Below are positions 7,564-17,380 of a stretch of 51,137 nt of DNA, piece by piece. How positions within the stretch are numbered: position 1 is the first letter of the stretch; every line of letters starts with the position of its first letter. The notes beneath the pieces were generated by a model. The model did not search any database and had not been told where the DNA came from. It saw nothing but the letters and a program-made list of their open reading frames with translations. The DNA is taken from the IMG/VR virus record IMGVR_UViG_3300037962_000135, positions 1-51,137 of that record, one strand, 5' to 3'. The translations under genes and the position numbers were made by a program. This stretch comes from a virus (taxonomy: Duplodnaviria > Caudoviricetes).

Positions 7564-10500
7564 CTAACTACCACGCCCAAATCCCGTTGCAGCATATTTG
7601 AAATTTCTATTAACAAAAGTCTCATTTCCAGATGTATCTCTATTTTTTACATCTATCGTAAATCCTGTACCAGAAATACTAGATAAAGCAAAAAAGTCTC
7701 CAGCCTGGGCATTTTCTAAAGTAATTCCGATATTAGGCAAATAAGCAGAAGTAGATCCACCAAGTTCAGAAGTTCCTGTAAAGAAAGCGTGTTGGAACGT
7801 AACTGCTTTACTAGATGTTCCAGATGCTATTACAGTATTTACAGTTTCAGTTCTGCTATCTAATTTTGCTGTATAACCAAGTTCATCTATCTCGATAGAT
7901 TGTGCAGGATCATCTGAATCCATCTCACATCTAAATCTAAACCCACGACCAATAAATGTTCCGTTCATAAGAGTATTAAATTGAGTAAATCCTGCTCCGA
8001 TATTACAGTTGCTACTTGATATTGTTGCACTGGATGAGGCAGTGACAGTAAAAGTACTACTGCTTGGTACAGATTGAACCTCAAAATATCCATCTGTTGC
8101 ACCACCACTTGTAAAATCAATATCTACAAACGTACCAATGCTAAATCCATGGCTAGATTTTGTCACTGTGATTGTCGTTCCAGATTGTGTATAAGTAGCC
8201 GAATCAGATGTAGCTGGATCGCTGTCAGTTGTTGCTACCAATAGTTTTGCATTGACATCAAATGCAGTAGCACCATCAAAATCTGTCCAAGTATCTATAT
8301 TTGCAGTTCTTTTATCAATCAAATCATTAGGATAAAAACCTTGTGTAACAAGATGTCTTGTTAATTTAAGTGGTTGTTTACCACCTAAATCCAACTTAGA
8401 AGCAAAGTCATAATGACCACCAGTAATATCAACAGCACCTAAAAAATCAAAGTCAGCAATAGCATCGAAATCTGTAACTCCATCTAATAAATCAAGCGAT
8501 CCAAGGACAAGACCATTTACATCATCAGAAAAGAAACAATCAACTTTATCTCCAGCAAAAGGTGTCGCATCAGTATCTTCTCTATCTGCTAATACAAGTA
8601 ACTTCGGTACAGGATCAGGAGTTGTTACTATAATAGAAGTCTCTCCAGAACTTAATCTGTTACCATCATCTTTAAATTTAAGGATATACTCTCCATCAAC
8701 TGCTGGTACTAATGTCTCAGATACGTTCCCTGGTAATGCAAATATAGCATCAGTAGCATTTGTAAATGTAGCTGTTCCATCAGTTTTATTGCTATGTCGA
8801 ACAACTACGTTTCCACCATGCGTAACATCAATATCTGTAGCCTTATCAAAACGTAATCTAATAAACTGATCTGATACTGGTTCGACAAGTAATCCTGTAA
8901 CATCCTGTGGAACTGCTGTTTTACCAACAGCTTCAAACGTAATGTTGGTTGATGTTGCGGACAAAACATTCTGAACATTATATGAAAACACCTGGATTGT
9001 GTAAGTTCCTTTTCTGCTATTTACTATTTCAAAATCAGGTCTAGATACTTTTTCACTAATAAAGTTATCATTACCAAATCTGTAGTTAACCTGATATTCA
9101 GTAACACCAACTATAGGTTGCCAGCTAATAATTATTTTTGATACAGCTTGATTGTTGATAGGAAATATTCTTTCAACAGCACTTAGACCAGAAGGAGGTT
9201 CAGTAAGTGCATTTAATTTAGATACTGTCCTAGCTGGTAGTGCTTCACCATCTTCAATAAATGCGTACTTTCCTTCAACATAAGATAAAGCTGTAATCGC
9301 ATAATTTATGCCATCTTGCTCTTCTACTGTTATCACTCTAAATAATTGTGACTTAACAGTTACGTTTGATATAAGCCAGATAGTGTTTACGTTAGGTGTC
9401 TGTGAAAAAGCAGAACTTACAGTTATAGTCCCATTTGATACAGATGAGATTGTCCTACTTTCAGACGTTCCATCGGGTAAAAGTACGCTGAGAGTTGCAT
9501 CTCCTACAGGGTTTCCGCTTGCATCTACAGCAAAATCTGTTGCAGAAGTATCATCGACAGTAACAACAGTTGTTGAAGTAACGCTTTTTAATCTTCCTCC
9601 TCTTCTTACCCCTGCTCTTACTGGATCTTGTATTTCTATGACAGCACCAGGGCGAACAATTACTCCAGAATCTATAGATGTTGTGAAAGTGCATACCTCA
9701 GACTCATTATTTTCCCCGAAAACAATAGCTTTTGCCAATCTTTTTGCTTGCCCTCTAGAAGTACAGCCAAATGCCTGTACTTTTTTGACAACTGTACCTA
9801 TCTTCGCTATTAAATCTGTATCTTCATGTACTTCAAAATCTATTTGCTGGCTATCCATGTTGAAGTAAGATACAGATACAACACTATGTCTTGTTTTAAG
9901 ACTACTTCCCGCATAACTGAATCCAGCCTCCCCCACATTTGATAAGTTAAATAGATAACTTGGATCGGTAGGCTTGTCCTGTGTAATTGTTATCGAACCA
10001 GCAGACCAAATTGGCATACATCTCATTACACCAGCTAATTCATTTATTAATTCAAATGCTTCCTTTGAACTTTGAATATTTACATTGCAACTAAACCTGG
10101 CTTCCTGTCCTCCCTGTCCATCATCTACAAGTGTGTTAGCAAACTTACTGGCATTTACAAAACTAAAAAGATCAAGGGAACTGTCTGTTATATGATCTCC
10201 AAATCCATATCTACTTGTAGTTAAAAGATCAAGCAAAATCATCGCAGGACATGAACACCATGTAGCAGCACCCATGACCCCATTAAAAATATAGCCGTCA
10301 GGATAAACAATACGACCAGTATTAATATCAACAGTGGGAGTTCCAGAACTAGATGCTCCTGCTCCTGGAATCCTTACTTTTATTCCTCTTATTCTGAACT
10401 TTCTATCTGGAATAGAACTGAACTGCATAGAATCCAGACGCAAAGCACTATAAGCACTGTTGTTGTAAGTACGAGCTTCTTCAACTATTTCGCCAAAACT

Positions 10501-11226
10501 TGTCCATTGAAAAGTATCTTGGACATTAGTATCTGTTGCATCATCTGTAACTCTACTAACTCTAATATCCACTGGAAATGCACCCGTTATTTGCACCCCG
10601 TAATCTCTTTGGTATGCATCTCCACTTCTACCCGTAATTGTATCTGTTGTTTCTCCGTTACTTCCTATAGCTAAATCAGTAAAACCTCCAGAATTATATT
10701 GAACAGCTATTTTTAGTTGAACAGAAGTACCTAATAAGTCTCCATCGTCAGTTGCTCTTTGTAACTGAGGAAAAGTAATTGTTACTCTTACCTTATCAAC
10801 ATTCGTATTCGTAATTTGTCGAGTGACAGGAATATCTTTAGTTACTGTGACACCAACACTTGTTGTAGATACACTGCTATCTATATTTGGTATAGCAGTT
10901 TGACTATCCGTACCAAATCTAGGATTGAAAGTTACATTTTGAAAATTTCTATCTACGTCTTGAACATCAGTGGAATCTGCTGAAGCTCTTATAACAGGAG
11001 TATCATTTAAAAATACATCTTTCAATGCAGCATTATTATATGCAGTTGTGCCTTTTGTTCTGCCTTCTTTAGATGCAGTAGCAAAACCTTCTATCTCTCC
11101 TTCCGATATTAAATCTAAAAAAGTAGCATACTGTCTACTATGAAGATTATCAGGATCTCTAGTTGGCGATGGAGGTGTTGGATTTCCACCTTTTGCTCCT
11201 CTAATAATACGTTTCGTATCACTCAT
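7564..11226 (-). CDS. Tail tip/host-specificity protein, lambda gpJ-like (unit A)
   Basis: IRGAKGG start, DLISEGEIEG, PAMILLDLLT, ARFSCN, GCTSRGQA motifs, FN3-like region. Confidence 0.92.
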   Translation of the reverse strand: MSDTKRIIRGAKGGNPTPPSPTRDPDNLHSRQYATFLDLISEGEIEGFATASKEGRTKGTTAYNNAALKDVFLNDTPVIRASADSTDVQDVDRNFQNVTFNPRFGTDSQTAIPNIDSSVSTTSVGVTVTKDIPVTRQITNTNVDKVRVTITFPQLQRATDDGDLLGTSVQLKIAVQYNSGGFTDLAIGSNGETTDTITGRSGDAYQRDYGVQITGAFPVDIRVSRVTDDATDTNVQDTFQWTSFGEIVEEARTYNNSAYSALRLDSMQFSSIPDRKFRIRGIKVRIPGAGASSSGTPTVDINTGRIVYPDGYIFNGVMGAATWCSCPAMILLDLLTTSRYGFGDHITDSSLDLFSFVNASKFANTLVDDGQGGQEARFSCNVNIQSSKEAFELINELAGVMRCMPIWSAGSITITQDKPTDPSYLFNLSNVGEAGFSYAGSSLKTRHSVVSVSYFNMDSQQIDFEVHEDTDLIAKIGTVVKKVQAFGCTSRGQAKRLAKAIVFGENNESEVCTFTTSIDSGVIVRPGAVIEIQDPVRAGVRRGGRLKSVTSTTVVTVDDTSATDFAVDASGNPVGDATLSVLLPDGTSESRTISSVSNGTITVSSAFSQTPNVNTIWLISNVTVKSQLFRVITVEEQDGINYAITALSYVEGKYAFIEDGEALPARTVSKLNALTEPPSGLSAVERIFPINNQAVSKIIISWQPIVGVTEYQVNYRFGNDNFISEKVSRPDFEIVNSRKGTYTIQVFSYNVQNVLSATSTNITFEAVGKTAVPQDVTGLLVEPVSDQFIRLRFDKATDIDVTHGGNVVVRHSNKTDGTATFTNATDAIFALPGNVSETLVPAVDGEYILKFKDDGNRLSSGETSIIVTTPDPVPKLLVLADREDTDATPFAGDKVDCFFSDDVNGLVLGSLDLLDGVTDFDAIADFDFLGAVDITGGHYDFASKLDLGGKQPLKLTRHLVTQGFYPNDLIDKRTANIDTWTDFDGATAFDVNAKLLVATTDSDPATSDSATYTQSGTTITVTKSSHGFSIGTFVDIDFTSGGATDGYFEVQSVPSSSTFTVTASSSATISSSNCNIGAGFTQFNTLMNGTFIGRGFRFRCEMDSDDPAQSIEIDELGYTAKLDSRTETVNTVIASGTSSKAVTFQHAFFTGTSELGGSTSAYLPNIGITLENAQAGDFFALSSISGTGFTIDVKNRDTSGNETFVNRNFKYAATGFGRGS

Positions 11227-11843
11227 GCCTGTACCTGTTCAGTATCTACGGAAGCACTAATTACAACCGATCCAGTGAATATTTCTCCGTAAACTATAGG
11301 AACGGGTGTGCCAGCCCTTGATGTATTCTGTAGTCCATTAAAACTAAAAGATAATCTAGGATCTTCCTCTGAACTAAAATCTGGCTTTTTAGGTAAAGGA
11401 GTTAGCATTTCAGAAACTCCAGTAAGAACTAAAGCTATACCTATATTTCCTGCAAATGCAGCAAAACTAAATGCTCCAGATGCAGTTGCAAATCCTCCCC
11501 CTAAACCCCCTGGTCCAAGACCGAAACCTACAGTTGGATTTATGATTGCAAACCCAATTAATACAGCACCCAGTAATATCTTTCCTAATCCTCTACCAGC
11601 ACCCGTTATTACAGGAATTAAGTGTATATCCTGTTGCCCTATTGGATCTCCTAGTTCAGTTTTATCTAGCTCGTAATCTCCAACTTTTAATTTATAGTAT
11701 CTATCATTCATGTGCTGCTCGATTCCAGGGAAATTATTTATCAAAAAACTCATTGCGTGAGCTAAAGTATCCGCTTTTATTTCAAATTCTTTATGACCTA
11801 CAAACTTTGCAAGCTCTCCATATAATTTTATTTTACGAAGCAT
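11223..11843 (-). CDS. Tail assembly protein, lambda gpI-like
   Basis: IKLYGELAKF start, IHLIPVITGAG, FSFNGLQNTSRAGTPVPIVYGE. Confidence 0.9.
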   Translation of the reverse strand: MLRKIKLYGELAKFVGHKEFEIKADTLAHAMSFLINNFPGIEQHMNDRYYKLKVGDYELDKTELGDPIGQQDIHLIPVITGAGRGLGKILLGAVLIGFAIINPTVGFGLGPGGLGGGFATASGAFSFAAFAGNIGIALVLTGVSEMLTPLPKKPDFSSEEDPRLSFSFNGLQNTSRAGTPVPIVYGEIFTGSVVISASVDTEQVQA

Positions 11844-12534
11844 AACGATACCTCTTTCCTGTACATTTTAATAACCACGGAGAATATGGCTCTCTACAAG
11901 ATAGTCTATCGGTTAAATGATGTAATACCTCATCTCCAAGAAAAATAGCTACATGATTTAAAGTTGAATCTAAAATACTCATTAGTAAAACATCTCCAGA
12001 TTGTAGCTTTTCATCTGGCCTTAATTCTCTAAAACCTGTTCGCCAAGCATAACTTTCAAATAAAGGATCTTTCATAAACTCTTCTGGGGTTATAGGTCTT
12101 TCATAGTCTTTTAACTTTATTCCTTTCTCCTGCTTATAGTAATCACGAACCAAAGACCAACAGTCTGTTACACCCCATACCCATTGTCTACCTAAAAGGG
12201 GTGCTTCATAACCCTGCGGTTCATAATATCCCCACTGTTTTGTTTTTGGATTAACTATGTGCCAAGGTAATCCACTTTGTTCACAACTGACTTTATCCGC
12301 CTGACTAGCTATCGCAGGAGTTGTCGGATGACTGTGAACAACAGCAACTATATCTCCCAGATTATCGGCCTTTACATAATCCTCTGGATCGAGAATGAAA
12401 CATTGATGTGCTGTCATTGAAAGATTACGACAAGGATAATATCTTTCTTTTCCTCGAACATTTAACAAAAGACCAACAGATTCTTTTGGATCTTCTATCT
12501 CAGCATGATTAAGTGCAGCGTCTTTCCAATTCAT
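11833..12534 (-). CDS. Tail assembly protein, lambda gpK-like (JAB/MPN + NlpC/P60)
   Basis: VHSHP...SQAD JAMM motif; DCWSLVRDYY and NHVAIFLG..VLHH. Confidence 0.92.
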   Translation of the reverse strand: MNWKDAALNHAEIEDPKESVGLLLNVRGKERYYPCRNLSMTAHQCFILDPEDYVKADNLGDIVAVVHSHPTTPAIASQADKVSCEQSGLPWHIVNPKTKQWGYYEPQGYEAPLLGRQWVWGVTDCWSLVRDYYKQEKGIKLKDYERPITPEEFMKDPLFESYAWRTGFRELRPDEKLQSGDVLLMSILDSTLNHVAIFLGDEVLHHLTDRLSCREPYSPWLLKCTGKRYRYAS

Positions 12535-13109
12535 CCTACAACTGTACCTACTGAAGGAAATTCTGCTCTAGTGCATTGTCTATTAGGAGCACGAATACCA
12601 GCAAGATCAAATACAGCAGCTAATTCAAACTGAACCACCTCTCTATTCTCTGCTGATTTTCTATCTATTTTGTATATTTCTTGTGGAAACTCTGCTGTAG
12701 CATCTGGTGTTCCATAAGGATTTATGTCTCCAGGAAAATTTACAGCGTCAATGAATCTTGCCAAAGTTCTGATACGAGTAACAGTTGCACCAGTAAGATC
12801 ATTTCCAGTGGTTGTGGCATTTACTGTAAGTAAGATAGATGTAATTGTTCCCAAAGCATTGCTTACTGTCAAGGTGGGGCGAGGTAACTGCCCTTTTGTA
12901 AAGGCAAAACCTTCGGCTTTTACAGGAAATCTTTGATATGTGTTTCCTGCCCAAACTACTTCTCCGTTATCTTTTAAAGATGAACCAGCATGGAATCTGT
13001 AAACTGTGCTCGATCCATGTAAACTACTGTCTAAAGTAAGAGTAAATAATTCAATTATTGCTGATGGGTTTATATTCTGAAGATTGCTAACGATAGCAGA
13101 ACTGCTCAT
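12531..13109 (-). CDS. Minor tail (hub) protein, lambda gpL-like
   Basis: IIELFTL, WAGNTYQRFP, LPRPTLTVSN, VTRIRTLARFIDAVNF, VQFELA. Confidence 0.9.
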   Translation of the reverse strand: MSSSAIVSNLQNINPSAIIELFTLTLDSSLHGSSTVYRFHAGSSLKDNGEVVWAGNTYQRFPVKAEGFAFTKGQLPRPTLTVSNALGTITSILLTVNATTTGNDLTGATVTRIRTLARFIDAVNFPGDINPYGTPDATAEFPQEIYKIDRKSAENREVVQFELAAVFDLAGIRAPNRQCTRAEFPSVGTVVG

Positions 13110-13672
13110 GGTTCAAACACCTCTCTAAATGTTGTTTGGATCGTGGCTCTATTGTTATATGGTATAGATTTTGTCCAGTTTTCGCAAACATACTGTCCAG
13201 CACCCGATAAAGTAATAGAAACATTTCCACTATTAGTTGCACTGGCAGCAGCAGTAACAGTAAAGACGTTTGAATCAGTAACAGAAGCGACAAGAAATGT
13301 ACCATCAGTTGCAGATCCAGAAGTGTAATCAATAGTAAGTTCATCTCCTACTGCTACACCATGACTTGTAATCGTGATTGTTACTGTAGTTCCTGATTGA
13401 GAGTAAGTTCCTGTTTTTGTAAAACCTTCTCCTGGTGGAGTAAAAGTAAAGCTGGCACTGTCATTTGCTCTGCTGTCTAAGAATCCTTCTATAGTGTCTG
13501 CATCTGTTTCCGATACTTCAAAAGTAAAATTATAAACTTTTGGATTCTGGTGTGCAGCAAGTCCAAATAATATTCTGTGTTCATAGCCGTCAGCGAAACG
13601 GACTGTTCTAGTTAGCGGTGCGGATCTTTTCTGCTGTCCGTATGTTGGTGTAATTGATGGAAAAGTAGCCAT
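13106..13672 (-). CDS. Minor tail (distal tail) protein, lambda gpM-like, with inserted domain
   Basis: VRFADGYEHR, SFTFTPPGE, TFREVFEP; located directly after the tape measure. Confidence 0.88.
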   Translation of the reverse strand: MATFPSITPTYGQQKRSAPLTRTVRFADGYEHRILFGLAAHQNPKVYNFTFEVSETDADTIEGFLDSRANDSASFTFTPPGEGFTKTGTYSQSGTTVTITITSHGVAVGDELTIDYTSGSATDGTFLVASVTDSNVFTVTAAASATNSGNVSITLSGAGQYVCENWTKSIPYNNRATIQTTFREVFEP

Positions 13673-16233
13673 TATGCAAGTAAACCTCCAGGTCTTTTCT
13701 GTTTAATTAATTCTGATTGTACCGCTACTGATATAGCTTTACCTAACTCTCTGCCTTCCTGTTCATCTCCTTCTACATTAGATCCAGAAGCATCTACGTT
13801 TACTACAATAGTTGTGGATCCTCCTAGTTGATTATTAGGAATTATAGTGCCTGATCTATCGGGAACAAATAATTCTGGACCTTTTTCTCCTACTACAGAG
13901 GGTACACCTACTGGTGGTCTACCTCCGTTTGCAAATCCTAAAAATTTAAATAAGCCTCCAGTAACAATGTTTCCCCCTGCATTACCAAACAGTGCTTGAT
14001 TCAGTGCTAAATCTAAAAATCTGTCTGCTATGTTGCTTACCATATCTCCTAAAGTAGAAGTTCCTTTTATTAATCCTTTTATCCCATCTTTTATATCGCT
14101 TTGGATTGTTTTGTTAAGTTGCTCAAAAGCATCTAAAGTTTCTGTTGCTGCCTTGTTTAAATCATAAGTTGCTTCTACTTGATCTCTTGTACTATCTATA
14201 GCCTCATCTATTGCGTCTTTTTGTCTTTCTAAAGTTGTAAGTCTAGTTTGATCTAGTTCTCCTAAAATTCCTTCCTGTCTTTGTTTTTCTAAGAGTTTTT
14301 CTATTTCTACATCTAAGGATTCTTTGCTGGTTTTTGCTTCTTTTTCTAATCCAGCTATAGTTTTAGCAATTTCGGGATTTAATCCTTCTTTTCTAAGTTC
14401 TAATATTCTTGCTGTTTCTTCCTCTTCTTCTTTTATTTTGTTAACTAAATCATCAAATTTCTGAGTCATTACATCTGCTTCAACAGTTGTATTCTGCATT
14501 ATCGCAAATATTTTTTCATCAATCTCTAGTTGTTCCAGTAATACTGCTTTTCTGTTTGCCTCTCCACCTCTACTGCCCATAGCCTCTATTGTCTCTCTTC
14601 TAGAAACTAAATTTTGTGCTGTTACATCTCCTCTTGCTGCTGCATCAGCAACAGTTCTGGTGGCTGCTGCTGCATTTAAGTTCTCTTGTAATCCAGTAAT
14701 TCTAAGAACAAAGTTTGCTATTCCTGCTGTAAATGCCTGTATTTTTGTTATTGCAAGGGTAAACTCACTATTCATCAATCTAGTAGTATCGCCAAACTCT
14801 TTCAAACTATCTACACCATCTTGTCCAATTCTGTTAGCCATCAGTTGCATTGAAGCATTGAAGGCTGCTGTTTTTCCTTCGGATTGTTCTATTAATCTTA
14901 TTCTTGCCTCTTCTGCTGATCCCTGTAGTCCTATTGCTGCTGTTACAGATTCAGTGTTTTGGGTAAACGGACCCATAGCTTGACCAAGTTCACTTATTGC
15001 TTTCAGAGCAGTTTGAATTTGTTGGACTATTGCTGTAGCTGCGATACCTCCTGCAAAACCACCCATCTGCCCGAACATTCCACCAATACCACCACCTAAT
15101 GCACCAGCAGCAGCACCAACTGGACCTTGACCAAATAACAGTGGAAATGCACCACTTATCAACGCACTTTGAGTATCAAATCTTCTAGCTAAATTTCTAA
15201 AACCTCCGCTACCTGATCCTGCTGGTCCTCTTAATAATTTACCTGTTCTTCTATCAAAATTTAAAGCAGAACTAGGTCCTCCTTCTTTACTAACTTTTTT
15301 AAACTGCTTTGCTTGATCTTCAAAGTAAGCAGGAGAACCTACCAAATGCTTAAAACCTTTTATCGGCATAGCATTAGTTTTAGCTATGCGTAATGCTTCT
15401 TTGTTTGCTGCCTCGTAATACGCTGGCGATCCAAATATATCTTTAGATCCTTTTATTGGTATTGATGGTCCTCCTGCTTTAGCAGATGCTTCAAAAAACT
15501 TAGGAGAGCCGAAGGTAGTCTTAGATCCGAATATAGGAGAACTCGCTCCTCCTGCTCTAGCAGCAGCATCGAAAAACCTGGGAGATCCGAAGGTAGTTTT
15601 AGATCCGAGTATAGGAGAAGATGGTCCACCAGAAAACGCTAATTGTGCAGGAGATCCAAAATCAAATCGTGTTCCCAGTAAAGGAGAACTCGCTCCTCCT
15701 GCTCTAGCACCAGCTTCAAAAAATGCTGGAGATCCAAACTGAAACCTGTTTCCTCGTAACGAAGAACGACCCATGCCAGCACCAGCAAAACCCAACTGAG
15801 TGGGAGAACCCATCATGGTTCTTAGTCCTCCTATTGGAGATGCCATTTGTCTTTGTAAATTTATCTGTTTAGCTTTTTCTTTAGTTATTTCTTGATTTAT
15901 TTTTAATTCTGATAAAGCTGACTTTCTATTCGCATCAGCTAATTTAACCAATCCAGCAGAATCGGCTTTAGATGCTCTTCTGATTGCTGCTCTTGCTTTA
16001 TCTACTTTTAAACCTGAGTCTGCTGCTCTCTGTACTTGATCTCCTATTTTTCTGGTTTGAACCATGGAGACTCTTTGAGCCTCTTTTAATTTTGATATTT
16101 TTTCTTCTTGTCTTGTAGTTTTAGTTGTTCTAGCTGGTTTATTTAAATCGTTTATTTGTGTGCGTAGTCTTTTAAGACCAGCTTCCGCTTTTTTAGTATC
16201 TAAGCTTATATTTACGCTATATTCAGATGCCAC
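13672..16233 (-). CDS. Tape measure protein
   Basis: 853 aa, helical, with Gly/Ala-rich hydrophobic segment and C-terminal FANGG..VGEKGPELFVP...KRPGGLLA. Confidence 0.9.
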   Translation of the reverse strand: MASEYSVNISLDTKKAEAGLKRLRTQINDLNKPARTTKTTRQEEKISKLKEAQRVSMVQTRKIGDQVQRAADSGLKVDKARAAIRRASKADSAGLVKLADANRKSALSELKINQEITKEKAKQINLQRQMASPIGGLRTMMGSPTQLGFAGAGMGRSSLRGNRFQFGSPAFFEAGARAGGASSPLLGTRFDFGSPAQLAFSGGPSSPILGSKTTFGSPRFFDAAARAGGASSPIFGSKTTFGSPKFFEASAKAGGPSIPIKGSKDIFGSPAYYEAANKEALRIAKTNAMPIKGFKHLVGSPAYFEDQAKQFKKVSKEGGPSSALNFDRRTGKLLRGPAGSGSGGFRNLARRFDTQSALISGAFPLLFGQGPVGAAAGALGGGIGGMFGQMGGFAGGIAATAIVQQIQTALKAISELGQAMGPFTQNTESVTAAIGLQGSAEEARIRLIEQSEGKTAAFNASMQLMANRIGQDGVDSLKEFGDTTRLMNSEFTLAITKIQAFTAGIANFVLRITGLQENLNAAAATRTVADAAARGDVTAQNLVSRRETIEAMGSRGGEANRKAVLLEQLEIDEKIFAIMQNTTVEADVMTQKFDDLVNKIKEEEEETARILELRKEGLNPEIAKTIAGLEKEAKTSKESLDVEIEKLLEKQRQEGILGELDQTRLTTLERQKDAIDEAIDSTRDQVEATYDLNKAATETLDAFEQLNKTIQSDIKDGIKGLIKGTSTLGDMVSNIADRFLDLALNQALFGNAGGNIVTGGLFKFLGFANGGRPPVGVPSVVGEKGPELFVPDRSGTIIPNNQLGGSTTIVVNVDASGSNVEGDEQEGRELGKAISVAVQSELIKQKRPGGLLA
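15320..15850 (-). repeat. Internal GG(A/P)SSP...FGSP repeats in tape measure
   Basis: Repeats visible in protein and DNA (GGAGAACTCGCTCCTCCTGCTCTAGCA occurs twice). Confidence 0.8.
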
Positions 16234-16265
16234 TGATTTTTGCAGAATACACGGATATTAGAAGT

Positions 16266-16469
16266 TTAGCGTACTTTACGAACTTGGGCTTGTCTTTTTG
16301 CCTTTTCGTAGGCTTCTTCTTCTCGTTCAGCTTTAATTGTAAAGTAAGCGTTCCAAGTATATAATTCTTGGACTGACATTTTTTCTCTTATCTCTCGATG
16401 GGTGTAACCTAGTTTTTCTGCAATAAAAAACTGTAAATATACAAAATTATCTTCTTTTAATTTAGCTTT
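16266..16469 (-). CDS. Tail assembly chaperone second ORF (gpT-like), probably reached by frameshift
   Basis: KAKLKEDNFVYLQFFIAEKLGYTHREIREKMSVQELYTWNAYF... open in the +1 frame directly at the end of the upstream ORF; not in ORF track. Confidence 0.75.
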   Translation of the reverse strand, partial: KAKLKEDNFVYLQFFIAEKLGYTHREIREKMSVQELYTWNAYFTIKAEREEEAYEKAKRQAQVRKVR

Positions 16470-16827
16470 TTACGGCATCAGGGCTTTCCTCCTCGCCCAC
16501 TCCCTGCATTTTAGTCATTATGTCGAGCAAAACTGACATTGGTATTTCTCTTCTTAGTGCTGGTAAATCTGCTGCTGTAAACATCTTTGCACCTGATTCA
16601 TCTTCGGCTTTTGTGACAATAACTTGTAGAGCAAAGTCAAGACTTCCTTCTTCTTTACCTTTATTCATAGCTATTAATGTACTGTTTATTGTGTCTCTGT
16701 CAGCTATTGTAAGAGGCGACCAAAATATTTTTAGGATTAGTTCTTCTCCCTTAAAAATGGAGTAGCTACTACGTTCTTCAACACTAAAGGCTTGCTTTAG
16801 TTTGTCGATTGCTCTTACTGTTGGCAT
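16462..16827 (-). CDS. Tail assembly chaperone (gpG-like)
   Basis: Size and position upstream of tape measure; WSPLTIADR, KAEDESGAKMF. Confidence 0.75.
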   Translation of the reverse strand: MPTVRAIDKLKQAFSVEERSSYSIFKGEELILKIFWSPLTIADRDTINSTLIAMNKGKEEGSLDFALQVIVTKAEDESGAKMFTAADLPALRREIPMSVLLDIMTKMQGVGEEESPDAVKS

Positions 16828-16876
16828 AAAAAGTTATATCTATTCTTGTAGTATAACTCAAAGTCTAATTATTGTC

Positions 16877-17380
16877 TTAATCGTATGTAAATGTTGCACC
16901 AGAAACAAATCCAGCAGATTGAAAACCCTTTTCAAGATCTTGAAATAAATAATCTCCTAATAAGTAAACATCGTACCAATCAGGTTGATTAGGTATTGGT
17001 GTTGTATTGTAGCCTTCCTGGAAAGATTGACGATACATTCTTCCATCGTAAGGACTAGGCTCTTCATCTATTACAAATCCAGCATATTTAGTCTCATTTC
17101 CTATGTATAAAATTTCGGATAATTTTGTTTTAATTACTGGTTCTCTTTTTTGTATTCTAGTAAAGGCAGTTCTGACTAAAGCTTTTGCTCCCGTTTCACT
17201 TCTAGGTTTTGTAGGAGCTACAGGTGTATTCTTTTGAATTTTCCATGATCTGTTAAAAGTTCCTGTCCATATCGGACTTCGGTTTGCTAAAGAAAAAGCA
17301 ATAGTTGATGCTGCTGCCCCTTTACCTTGAAGAAAACTTTTTTCTAAATCATCAACTAAAAATTTTATATCTCTAGCCAT
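16877..17380 (-). CDS. Tail completion protein (HK97 gp10-like)
   Basis: SPIWTGTFNRSW and LYIGNETKYA motifs. Confidence 0.7.
   Translation of the reverse strand: MARDIKFLVDDLEKSFLQGKGAAASTIAFSLANRSPIWTGTFNRSWKIQKNTPVAPTKPRSETGAKALVRTAFTRIQKREPVIKTKLSEILYIGNETKYAGFVIDEEPSPYDGRMYRQSFQEGYNTTPIPNQPDWYDVYLLGDYLFQDLEKGFQSAGFVSGATFTYD

Noticed and set aside
11223-12534. Ubiquitin-like conjugation/defence system (JAB plus Ubl-like protein)
   Set aside because: These are the standard lambda gpK/gpI tail assembly proteins, and no E1/E2 genes are present.
5464-13344. Many antisense or alternate-frame ORFs in the track within fibre and tail-tip genes
   Set aside because: They are shadows of strongly supported minus-strand genes, with no motifs or independent conservation.
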